Origin: a virus
Direction: 5' to 3' (one strand)
UHGV virus genome: UHGV-0075096
Length of the DNA stretch: 34,787 bases
A program made the translations under genes and the position numbers. Under the pieces are notes generated by a model, which was not told where the DNA came from, searched no databases, and worked only from the letters and a program-made list of their open reading frames with translations. Below, piece after piece: positions 26,726-34,787 of the stretch; positions within the stretch are counted from its first letter, which is position 1; each line of letters opens with the position of its first letter.

Positions 26726-27312
26726 TGACTTTTAAAATGAGTGAAACCGATCAAGCAGTTACTGTTTATAACCTGCGTTCCGACACGAATGAGTTTATTG
26801 GTTCGGGGGACGCTTTTATTCCCGCACATACCGGACTGCCAGCCAACTGCACCACAATAAAACCACCGGTAATCAAAGCAGGGTTTGTGGCAATTTTTGA
26901 TTCAGAGAAGCAAAGATGGATTTCCCGTGAGGATCATCGTGGCGAGGTGGTGTTTGATACAGAAAACGGTAATGAACTGGTGATCACCGAGCCAGGCGCT
27001 TACCCGGAAGGGACAACCACGTTAGCACCGGCTAATGCCTGGCAAAAATGGAATGGTAAGGCGTGGGTGGATGATGCGGAGGCCATGCGAATTGCATTAG
27101 TCAGCGAGGCAGACGCCGAAAAGAAAAGACTGCTTAAACAGGCCAATGACGCCATTGCCACATTGCAGGATGCCGTTGATTTAGACATGGCAACCGAAGA
27201 AGAAGCATTGCTGCTTACCGCATGGAAAAAATACCGCGTTTTACTGAATCGTATTCAACCGGAAGATGCGCCAGAAATTGTGTGGCCGGAGGTGCCTGGA
27301 AATGTGGCGTGA
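26725..27312 (+). CDS. tail fibre assembly protein (Tfa; P2 gpG-like)
   Basis: 195 aa ending with the motif typical of Tfa chaperones (WKKYRVLLNRIQPEDAPEIVWPEVP); directly downstream of the fibre gene. Confidence 0.8.
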   Translation: MTFKMSETDQAVTVYNLRSDTNEFIGSGDAFIPAHTGLPANCTTIKPPVIKAGFVAIFDSEKQRWISREDHRGEVVFDTENGNELVITEPGAYPEGTTTLAPANAWQKWNGKAWVDDAEAMRIALVSEADAEKKRLLKQANDAIATLQDAVDLDMATEEEALLLTAWKKYRVLLNRIQPEDAPEIVWPEVPGNVA

Positions 27313-28027
27313 AGCACGTCTGGCCTTCACGGATTCAGTTGCTGCGCTGAACTGTTCGATCGTCCCTGCGCATCCGTGGATTTATGGGCTGGGACAGCAG
27401 ACAGCGAACGGGGCATATCTCAGCCCGGTTAATGCCGTTCGCTATCTTGCTGAACGCCTGGCCGGAACAGGGGGGAATGCGGATGTGGTGATTATGATGG
27501 TCACCGGACAGACGCAGGAAAACTTTATGGCCAGCCTGAATAACCTGGTCGGGATTTTCCCCGCCCCGGCATTCACGCAGGTCAAACGGCTGGCGCAATC
27601 CGCCGCAGTGCTGGCTATTGAAAAGATGCAGATTCCGGCGAAAACCGCCGCTGCGTTACCTGCGTCCATTCCGCTGTCTGTATCAACCAGCAGGGCAGCT
27701 TTATCTGCTGCGGCAATCAGCCAGGCACAAAAGGCGGCGGGTGCCGGGTTTGATATCGAAGGGCTGAAAAAACAGCTGGGCGAGTTCACGCAACTGCGTG
27801 ACCAGCTTATCAGTGATGTGGCCAGCGGCCTGAATGATTTACAGGGGAAGAGTGCCAGAGCGTGGGTTTTTACTGCCAGCGGAGACACCGGCACCACGTT
27901 ACTGGAACTGGTGAAGGACATTCCGCAGCAGTCTGCCGTTTACACCGCAGCCATGATGCTGGTTGGCGATAATCTTGATGGAATAAAGGGAATGATTCAT
28001 GACTTCGATCCCGACACTGGCGCTTAA
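27302..28027 (+). CDS. hypothetical protein (241 aa) downstream of Tfa
   Basis: Internal ATG with a GGAGG RBS; Ala-rich; no family recognised by eye; occupies the position corresponding to the P2 Z/fun cargo locus. Confidence 0.5.
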   Translation: MWREARLAFTDSVAALNCSIVPAHPWIYGLGQQTANGAYLSPVNAVRYLAERLAGTGGNADVVIMMVTGQTQENFMASLNNLVGIFPAPAFTQVKRLAQSAAVLAIEKMQIPAKTAAALPASIPLSVSTSRAALSAAAISQAQKAAGAGFDIEGLKKQLGEFTQLRDQLISDVASGLNDLQGKSARAWVFTASGDTGTTLLELVKDIPQQSAVYTAAMMLVGDNLDGIKGMIHDFDPDTGA

Positions 28028-28544
28028 TGGCGAGGCTATCCAGCTGAAAAACATGCGGGTGACTGTTTCACAGCAATTTCAGGATAAAGATCAGTCCGGC
28101 CAGACCAGCGCCACAACAAAATCAGAGCAGGGAGCAAAGGGAAAGGAACTGCGGATCAGCGGTGAAATACCTTTTAAACAGCCTGAAATACTGAAGCGTA
28201 TTTTTGAGCTTGCCAGCGCTACCGATGCCAGTGGTAATCGTCAAAAGTACCGTGTGGCGCATGAAGTTGCCCGTGCTGTTAATTTTCGTGAAGCAACGTT
28301 CAGCGGAATGCTGGATGCACCCCAGCAGGACGGGAAAATGTCCTGGCTGGTGACGTTCACACTGGCGGAACATATCAGCGTGCAGGAAAAGCGAGAGGCC
28401 AGAGCAACAGGTAAGACGACCGCAAAAAAACAGACTGCCGGTAGTGCGGGACAGGCCGGTGGCCAGTCTGCCGGAGAAGATGAAGAAAAACTGACGTGGT
28501 TTGAACGCAAGGTGCTGAAGCCCGTCAATGATGCTTTGGGTTAA
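27999..28544 (+). CDS. hypothetical tail-associated protein (181 aa)
   Basis: ORF coupled to the downstream hub/spike gene (TAATG overlap); start uncertain because it overlaps the upstream gene by 29 nt. Confidence 0.45.
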   Translation: MTSIPTLALNGEAIQLKNMRVTVSQQFQDKDQSGQTSATTKSEQGAKGKELRISGEIPFKQPEILKRIFELASATDASGNRQKYRVAHEVARAVNFREATFSGMLDAPQQDGKMSWLVTFTLAEHISVQEKREARATGKTTAKKQTAGSAGQAGGQSAGEDEEKLTWFERKVLKPVNDALG

Positions 28545-30247
28545 TGATGAAACCAGTAAAACGCCTTTACCTTTCAACGGATGAAGTTCACCTGGTGGAT
28601 GCCAGCCTGGTACTGGAGCTGAACAGCTGCGGCCGGGGCTTCATCACCGCAGAGACAACAACCGATTACACCGGAAAACTGGTGCGGCTGGATGTAGGGT
28701 ATACCGATCTGCTTTTGCGCTGGTTTACGGGGTACGTGGAGCGATCGCAGCCCGCAGAAAACGGTTTTCAGCGTCTGTTCATTCGTGAGCTGGTAGGTGT
28801 GTTTGAAAGGATGTGGCCGTGCTCATTTCAACATCCAACTTTACGCGAGGTTGCCAGCTGGCTGGAAGAAAACAGTGGTATCTCGGTCAGTGTGCCTGAT
28901 GCACAGTACAGCGATACCCCCATCCCACATTTTACCCATAACGGTACCGGCTATCAGTTGCTGAACAATCTGGGAAGGGCGTTCAGTATCCAGGATTACA
29001 TCTGGTACCAGTTGCCTGATGGTTCGCTTTACGTCGGTGGCGCAGAAAAGTCACTGTTTGCCGGTCGTCCCGTAGAAATCCCGTCAGAGTTCAGCCAGGG
29101 GGCTGCTGGTGGTAACTCTGTGACATTACCAGTGATCCAGACTATGCGGCCAGGGGTGGAGATGAACGGTGAACGCGTGACTAAAGTTCACCTGACTAAT
29201 GACACGATGGCGATCACATGGACGCCGAGAAACCGCGCAACGGGTAAACCTTTGCAGAAAACACCGGCGCAACGGCAGATTGAAAGCCATTACCCGGAAC
29301 TGGCATCCGGGCTTCATTTGCCAAAGACGGCCAGAGTCGTGGCGCATTCAGAGCCAGTAAAAAGCGGTAACTTTGCCGATCCCTTCCGGCCACGTTACGC
29401 CGTGGACGTGCAACTGCTTGACGCAGACGGAAACCCGGACAATCAGACGCCTGTTTACTCAGCGGTGCCGCTGCCGGTACCAATGGCCGGGAATGATTCA
29501 GGTATGTTTCAGTTCCCGCCTGAAGGGACGCTGGTTGAGGTCGCATTCACAGGAGGCAGACCGGATAAACCCTTTATCAGGCAGACGCTGCCGGATGGCA
29601 CCAGTCTGCCGGACGTTAAACCCGGTGAGCAATTACAGCAGCAGCGGGAAGAAGTATCCCTGAGGGTGACTCAGGCGGGTGACTGGGTAAGGCAGACCGA
29701 TCAGACCATCAGCGAAACATCAATGGTGCGAACCGTAAAAGCCGATACAGAACAGCGCGAACTGGTCAGCCGTGAAACCACGGTGAAAGCCACGGATAAA
29801 ACCACGGTACTGGGAACCGCCACATTGCTGGCCGGAGCCATCCAGCAGGTAAGCGCCGGTGATTATAGCCAGGCGGTGAAAGGTAACAGGCTGGCCAGTA
29901 TTGAAGGAAACGAAGAAACGGACATAGCAGGACAGCAGTCCACTAAAGTGGGCGGTGCTGTAGCCGTGGAGGTTGGCGAAAGTCTGACAGAGAAGATTGC
30001 CGCACTGCGTAAATCAGTGGCTGCTGGCGGTCAGCAGGTCATGGGGGCAACTGTCCATATTGGCAGTGAGAGCATCAACGCCCTGACCATGATGCTGGAT
30101 ACCATTGATTTACTGGCAGAGCTTGCGCAGCAATGCGCGAACCATTCGCACCCCACCGTTGGAACTCCAACCAATGCCGCCGCGTTCACACTGACGGCGA
30201 CGAAAGCCGGGCAGACCCGGAGCAAATACCAGAATATAATTGCCTGA
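28544..30247 (+). CDS. putative baseplate hub/central spike protein (gpD/gpV-like)
   Basis: 567 aa, last gene of the tail module and followed by a strong terminator; the C-terminal region contains CANHSHPTVG (an HxH motif as in spike apex domains). Assignment is inferred from position and motifs. Confidence 0.45.
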   Translation: MMKPVKRLYLSTDEVHLVDASLVLELNSCGRGFITAETTTDYTGKLVRLDVGYTDLLLRWFTGYVERSQPAENGFQRLFIRELVGVFERMWPCSFQHPTLREVASWLEENSGISVSVPDAQYSDTPIPHFTHNGTGYQLLNNLGRAFSIQDYIWYQLPDGSLYVGGAEKSLFAGRPVEIPSEFSQGAAGGNSVTLPVIQTMRPGVEMNGERVTKVHLTNDTMAITWTPRNRATGKPLQKTPAQRQIESHYPELASGLHLPKTARVVAHSEPVKSGNFADPFRPRYAVDVQLLDADGNPDNQTPVYSAVPLPVPMAGNDSGMFQFPPEGTLVEVAFTGGRPDKPFIRQTLPDGTSLPDVKPGEQLQQQREEVSLRVTQAGDWVRQTDQTISETSMVRTVKADTEQRELVSRETTVKATDKTTVLGTATLLAGAIQQVSAGDYSQAVKGNRLASIEGNEETDIAGQQSTKVGGAVAVEVGESLTEKIAALRKSVAAGGQQVMGATVHIGSESINALTMMLDTIDLLAELAQQCANHSHPTVGTPTNAAAFTLTATKAGQTRSKYQNIIA

Positions 30248-30259
30248 CCATGATAACAC

Positions 30260-30282
30260 GCCCGCATAATGCGGGCTTTTTT
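30260..30282 (+). terminator. rho-independent terminator of the tail operon
   Basis: GCCCGCA-TAA-TGCGGGC hairpin followed by TTTTTT, 13 bp after the stop at 30247. Confidence 0.85.
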
Positions 30283-30692
30283 ATACCCTTCTCCAGACGC
30301 AGCAGAACGCACCCTCAGCACTTTAGGCAACAAATTAACCCAACTCAACACACATAAAAGATCGTGCGCATGGCGCTGCGTTGGCGCGACGATGCACCGA
30401 CAAAATAAATCTTTCGCAGACAAAAACGGCGCTACACCGCACCCGCCTGCGGTTTCTGGATCTGGAAAATTTTTCTGTTTTATTTTTCTACAAAACAGAC
30501 CGCCAGACCGCGCCGCTGCTGGCGGCTTTGCGGAGAACTGAAACTGAAATGATTGAAAAGGATTTCACTTTTTTTCAGTGAAAAGGATCTGTGAAGGATC
30601 GATGGGAAAATATAACTATCAGAATATAAAAGAGAAATTGAATTTTAGGTGGCGTTTGTGGATCGTTAGTTAAAGGGGGGGGGATATTCTGT

Positions 30693-30724
30693 AAAAAAGC
30701 CCGCGACATCAGATGTGGCGCGGG
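30693..30724 (-). terminator. rho-independent terminator downstream of the glycosyltransferase-like gene
   Basis: On the minus strand, hairpin CCCGCGCCACATC-A-GATGTCGCGGG (one 2-nt bulge) followed by TTTTTT; 40 bp beyond the stop at 30764. Confidence 0.65.
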
Positions 30725-30763
30725 ATGGATAGAAATTTATTCTTATAGAACAACTGAAAAAAA

Positions 30764-31480
30764 TTACTTTAAACTGAGTTTAAAATTTTTGAATTTACCA
30801 TACAGGGTATCGCGTACAGAAAAGGAAGGAACCCAATTGAATCCTGTTCGCCATGGGCGAGGACTACCGTGAAAGCATACAACTGAAACATCATCAGGAA
30901 CTTTGCCAGTAGCATAATCTGATGCCAAGTCAGGGTTGTAACCTATCATTTTACGTGTGGCTATATGGCATTTGTAACTAACAACAGATCCGGGAATTAT
31001 ATCTTGCCACAATACAGGTTTCATGACGCTACCCAGAAACCCCTGATCACCCCATTTATCTTCTGTTTGGCATTCATGCATATTTTTTTCGGGGTCAGTC
31101 CAGAACGCATCCCAAACATATTGTTTGATAGACGCAGGAATGAACATAATGGATGAGTTAACCCTGGAAGGGTGGTTAAACTCCCGCAGCATAGTGAACT
31201 CTTTCGCCGCATCAAAGATTTTGATATCACCAGTTATGACAACATCAACGTCAAAATAAAGCAGATCCTTATCACCTATTACCGGATGGTTTGGATTAAA
31301 AAGCTCAATCTTAGACCACCAACCTGGAAGGTTGTGCATTAACGGTGCGGTTTCAACACCAGGGATACTTCCAGCATCAGTTAAGCAAATTGAAGGTATG
31401 CCTTTAAATTGGCTATGCAGCCATTGTGCGTGTTTGGGGGTAAATTCTTTACCGCATTTAAGGACGGATACAATCAGCAT
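30764..31480 (-). CDS. putative GT-A fold glycosyltransferase (GT8-like motifs)
   Basis: 238 aa; DxD-type motif (LLYFDVDVVITGD) and a C-terminal H-x2-G-x2-(K/R)-P-W motif (FHGSPRPW) characteristic of retaining GT8 enzymes; GC visibly lower than the prophage core. Confidence 0.45.
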   Translation of the reverse strand: MLIVSVLKCGKEFTPKHAQWLHSQFKGIPSICLTDAGSIPGVETAPLMHNLPGWWSKIELFNPNHPVIGDKDLLYFDVDVVITGDIKIFDAAKEFTMLREFNHPSRVNSSIMFIPASIKQYVWDAFWTDPEKNMHECQTEDKWGDQGFLGSVMKPVLWQDIIPGSVVSYKCHIATRKMIGYNPDLASDYATGKVPDDVSVVCFHGSPRPWRTGFNWVPSFSVRDTLYGKFKNFKLSLK

Positions 31481-31660
31481 ATGGGAATCCCATTCTTTAG
31501 AGCAATAGTGTGCATTTTTTGAACATCGGCAATACTAAAATAAATAGTCAGGGCATAATTTTCTTAGGTAAGAGTCATGATGCCTCATGCCATTCCTTAC
31601 GTAAAGCTAGGCAGACTCAGCATAATGAGGGGACAAAAAGGGGACGCTGACCACTACAAA

Positions 31661-31689
31661 CAAAAAAGCCACTCCGTCAGAAGTGGCTT
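31661..31689 (-). terminator. rho-independent terminator (minus strand)
   Basis: On the minus strand, AAGCCACT-N8-AGTGGCTT hairpin followed by TTTTTT. Confidence 0.6.
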
Positions 31690-31843
31690 AATTATATGAT
31701 TATAAAGCTAAAATTTGGTGGCCCCTTGGACTTGAACCAGCGCCCGGGCGATTATAAGTCTTATGGTGTAACCTTTTGATATTTATATATAAATTTTATT
31801 TTTATGTGAATTTTAAGGATCTCTAACCGCTTTATTTTTGGCT

Positions 31844-31874
31844 AAAAAACCCGCAGTTGTAGCAATGATGCGGG
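31844..31874 (-). terminator. rho-independent terminator closing the minus-strand cargo operon
   Basis: On the minus strand, CCCGCA...TGCGGG hairpin followed by TTTTTT (plus-strand A6 at 31844-31849); about 220 bp downstream of the last long ORF. Confidence 0.55.
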
Positions 31875-32093
31875 TTGAGTTAGTCTTTAAAACTGAAATT
31901 GATCAGCCATAGCGTTCATAGGTAGCTGCGTATGCATTAACGTTTTTTAGGTGGTGGGGCTACTTGCTGCGTTTGCTGCGTTTGCCGTGGTGGTTGATAA
32001 CCATTGTTCTGCTGATTTGGCCTACTTGATGGTTGATATCCCTCATTTATAGGTTGCCAGCCATCATATTTAGTATTGTTTGCCGGTTTTTCT

Positions 32094-32744
32094 TCAGCCA
32101 TTTTTTACCTCACTATTGTTGGGAGAATGTAATTTTACCTCAATAAACTCAACACTTTCTATTTCATTAGTCAATATTATTATGCCTAATGTATCAGCTA
32201 GTTCGTGATCGAAATCGCCATTCTCATCAAGCGCCCAATGTTTCTCAAGATAGATTTGTTCGGGTTCTGGACTATTGGATGCAAATGAGTCACTTCCATA
32301 AAAACCACCATATTTTTTACCGTTTTTTAGTGTTACCAATACCCAGCAGCGTTGTCTGGTTGAGAAGAAGTAGTCCCAAGAGCGCCCTATAGGGTGTGGA
32401 AGAATATTTTTGACTTTTTCCCAGTTACGAATTTTTAGCAATGCAACAGGTAATAGTACAGGTATTACAATTAAAACTAAAAAGTAAAAAATGTAATATA
32501 AAATAGGGTGTTTCAAAAAAATGTCATTTGTTTCAATTAGATAAATTGGTATTAAAAGAAATGAAAAATTTATGCAACTATATGAAACAACGTCAATTAA
32601 AACTTTTGATGTATCCAAATCAATTGATGGGTGAAATAGTCTGTAAACTCTCATGCTGATAAATCCGGGCATAATGAACAGTACAAATAAAAACAATTTC
32701 CCCTTCTCTAAAATGTCCATTTTAATTCCTTTTGCATAAATCAA
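32094..32744 (-). CDS. uncharacterised membrane protein (3 predicted TM helices plus a roughly 100-aa soluble C-terminal domain)
   Basis: 216 aa; hydrophobic segments [26 protein letters not shown] and [20 protein letters not shown]; its ATG overlaps the upstream stop in an ATGA coupling; AT-rich codon usage. Confidence 0.6.
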   Translation of the reverse strand: MIYAKGIKMDILEKGKLFLFVLFIMPGFISMRVYRLFHPSIDLDTSKVLIDVVSYSCINFSFLLIPIYLIETNDIFLKHPILYYIFYFLVLIVIPVLLPVALLKIRNWEKVKNILPHPIGRSWDYFFSTRQRCWVLVTLKNGKKYGGFYGSDSFASNSPEPEQIYLEKHWALDENGDFDHELADTLGIIILTNEIESVEFIEVKLHSPNNSEVKNG

Positions 32745-33766
32745 TCATCTTTATTCATCAAATCATGGTGATATCCACAAACACCTCCAAAATCTTGTTC
32801 GTCTTGGGAAAGTGTTGTGCCACATATATAACATTCATTATAGTCAACTTCATAACCACACCACCGACATTTTTGCTCAGCTAGAATAAATGTATCATGG
32901 TTACAGTTAAAACATTCTTCATAAGTCGGTTCATCGCCATCAGGAGGCCAATAAAAAAACTCATCTTCAAAAACCTGCATAAGCAAAGGCGTAAATAAAT
33001 TGATATTCCCGCATGCAACGCACAAATACTTAAAATCGCTTTCAAAATCTTCTACTGTCAGACCTTCTTCTAAACTATCTTGTGAGGCTTTTATAAGTTT
33101 AGAACCACATTTATCGCAGCAACATTCGGGTAAAAATTCCATCATGCCTTCTGGAATACCTGCATACTCCCATGTTGACCTACACTCATATAATTTCGAA
33201 TTATAAAAAGTTTTGTGTTCCAGCATTGTACTCCAGGAACTGCCTAAAACATCTTGTGGAATTTTATCAAGTTCATTTGTTATGAAACTTTCAAGAACTG
33301 GAAATAAATCGGCGACAAAACCAGCAAGCTCGCCGAAAGTGTTTTGAGGATGTAAGTGTTCAAGATGATTTCGGCAATCCTGAAGTTTTTCAATGGCTGG
33401 CCAATCAACTTTTATGTTGAATTTATGAAAGCGCTCCTTTATGCCACAAACATCAATAGTCGATTTTTTAAACTTTCCTTCAGGTTTCCATTCTACCCCA
33501 CCTTTCCCATCGGGGTGGGGAAGCATTTTAGACGGTGGGTTATGTATTAGCACATACGCATGCTCAGGCGTGTCAACAGATTTGGCGATTTTATATTTGA
33601 ATAGTAATAATAAACCAGCGTAAAGATTACGTATGGATGAAAGAGTTCGCAATGAGTTATCAGGTTGTTGGGATAACTGGAAATCTTCAATCCCAAGTTG
33701 TATTGAAGCAATTGCGTTGTCATATAACTTATCCGCATCTAAGGTTAGTGAGGTTGTGTTACTCAT
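32741..33766 (-). CDS. uncharacterised protein with C-terminal multi-CxxC zinc-ribbon-like region
   Basis: 341 aa; C-terminal third contains CCCDKC, CVAC, CFNC, CRWC, CYIC and CGYHH; N-terminal domain contains an R-N-x3-H motif (RNHLEH); AAGGA RBS. Confidence 0.6.
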   Translation of the reverse strand: MSNTTSLTLDADKLYDNAIASIQLGIEDFQLSQQPDNSLRTLSSIRNLYAGLLLLFKYKIAKSVDTPEHAYVLIHNPPSKMLPHPDGKGGVEWKPEGKFKKSTIDVCGIKERFHKFNIKVDWPAIEKLQDCRNHLEHLHPQNTFGELAGFVADLFPVLESFITNELDKIPQDVLGSSWSTMLEHKTFYNSKLYECRSTWEYAGIPEGMMEFLPECCCDKCGSKLIKASQDSLEEGLTVEDFESDFKYLCVACGNINLFTPLLMQVFEDEFFYWPPDGDEPTYEECFNCNHDTFILAEQKCRWCGYEVDYNECYICGTTLSQDEQDFGGVCGYHHDLMNKDD

Positions 33767-33840
33767 TGTTTGCTCTATCCTTAGTAAATAAAGTTGGATT
33801 ACATATTATGAAAAAAAGTTGGTGCATTCAATCAGTCATT

Positions 33841-34737
33841 TTAAAAGTTTTTCCCTGACCGCGCTAATGCTTTTTCTTCGTTAAAGTAACCAAGTATATA
33901 ATCTCTTATCTCTACACCTAATTTTTCACTTAAGTAAGGGATGTGGTATTCTGAAATATAAAATTGAATGTTGCAATTATCTATGAAATCTTCTTCATAA
34001 AGTTCATGTTTTATGACTGGAGTGTAATTATATCTGTTTTGAAAGATAACATATGGAATATTAAAAATGTGTTCTTCTTTATAGGTTTTATTTTTGAATT
34101 TACTTAACAAAATATCTAACCCGTCAGGATTTGAACTTAGTAAATCTTCAACTTCTTTACGATGTTTTTGTTCAAATAAATCAGTTAAGATATTTCTGTA
34201 GATAGGATTGATAGTACAAAGCGTAGTGGTTTTATCTAAACGATGTAATGGTAAAACTATCTCACCATCCAAAAGTCCCAAGAATGCTTTATTGTGTTCA
34301 TCATCGGTAGATCTTTCCAGTTGTATTGTGCAGTCATTATCTTTCAGCTTTAATAATATGGCTTTGGCAAAATGAGAGTAATCATTGAAACTGATTTTCA
34401 ATAGCTGTATTTTTTTAAGATCATTTCTTCGTTTTTCTTCTTCTTTTTTATCTAATGCTAGTTTGTTCTGTCTGACGATAAGTTTTTCTTTAGTAAATCG
34501 AATGAATAAGTCTACTATACCAAATAGTATGGATGATAGTAATGCACCAAGTGAAAAGCCTATAATTGTTATTAATGTAATAGAAAGTTCATTAGGTATT
34601 TTAAATTGGCCTAGTTTGGGTTCTACTAAAACCCAGCAACCGATGATTGAGCCAGCAATAATTAATAATCTTAGAGAAGAACGGAACGAAACTAAGTTAG
34701 TTAGGTGTGATAAAACGGTAGATAACGGGTCAGTCAT
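33841..34737 (-). CDS. uncharacterised membrane protein (2 N-terminal TM helices, Lys/Glu-rich coiled-coil-like linker, soluble C-terminal domain)
   Basis: 298 aa from the ATG at 34737, which has a strong AGGAGA RBS 7 nt upstream; TM segments LLIIAGSIIGCWVLV and ITLITIIGFSLGALLSSILFGIV; about 33% GC. Confidence 0.6.
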   Translation of the reverse strand: MTDPLSTVLSHLTNLVSFRSSLRLLIIAGSIIGCWVLVEPKLGQFKIPNELSITLITIIGFSLGALLSSILFGIVDLFIRFTKEKLIVRQNKLALDKKEEEKRRNDLKKIQLLKISFNDYSHFAKAILLKLKDNDCTIQLERSTDDEHNKAFLGLLDGEIVLPLHRLDKTTTLCTINPIYRNILTDLFEQKHRKEVEDLLSSNPDGLDILLSKFKNKTYKEEHIFNIPYVIFQNRYNYTPVIKHELYEEDFIDNCNIQFYISEYHIPYLSEKLGVEIRDYILGYFNEEKALARSGKNF

Positions 34738-34787
34738 GTAGGTGTCTCCTGACTTTTGGCTACAAATTATCACATTTTAGAGAAAGT

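Larger units (their letters stand above)
2766..30285. mobile_element. P2/186-family temperate prophage core (integrase to tail-module terminator); attL lies in about 2675-2765, right boundary unresolved and cargo continues to window end
   Basis: Contiguous set of P2/186-like genes: int, cI, apl, cII, A, ogr, Q, P, O, N, M, L, tail and lysis genes; the integrase 3' end abuts host mntS upstream DNA. Confidence 0.85.

Noticed and set aside
30269-30581. Plus-strand ORFs 30269..30541 and 30381..30581 in the post-tail non-coding region
   Set aside because: They begin inside or directly after the tail-operon terminator, lack RBSs, overlap each other and span the palindrome and repeat-rich region; more likely non-coding.
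31715-31780. tRNA-like fragment on the minus strand (GGTTCAAGTCC T-loop-like motif followed by GGGGCCACCA) lying between two minus-strand terminators; considered as a tRNA gene or tRNA-derived att site
   Set aside because: With the T-loop anchored, the T-stem pairs at only 3 of 5 positions, the acceptor 3' strand is 2 nt short, and no complementary 5' acceptor strand or anticodon arm can be built from the upstream sequence. It is not a canonical tRNA; it may be a degenerate remnant or chance similarity.

Overview
The window opens on an Enterobacterial (E. coli-type) core locus, ompX - opgE - mntS (1-2600), and then runs into a P2/186-family temperate prophage inserted just upstream of the mntS promoter and its MntR-box palindrome; the integrase sits at 2766-3806. 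The prophage looks intact and mosaic. It carries a 186-type lysogeny switch (int, cI, apl/cox, cII), early genes including a Dam-type methyltransferase and the rolling-circle initiator A, a LexA-box-controlled small gene, the Ogr zinc-finger late activator, and a P2-type head module (Q, P leftward; O, N, M, L rightward). The tail and lysis genes follow in a non-P2 order: tail completion, putative sheath and tube, lysis cassette (holin, M15 endolysin, overlapping spanins), a tail assembly chaperone with a -1 frameshift site, tape measure, baseplate W/J/I, tail fibre with a His-x-His repeat tip, Tfa, and a putative hub/spike. After a strong terminator at about 30.28 kb comes AT-rich cargo that runs to the window edge: a GT-A glycosyltransferase-like gene and a three-gene minus-strand operon of uncharacterised membrane and Cys-rich proteins, which is the best candidate here for an undescribed (possibly anti-phage) system. 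The right prophage boundary (attR) was not identified inside the window. Every call rests on reading the sequence and ORF track and on recalled family knowledge; no database search was run.
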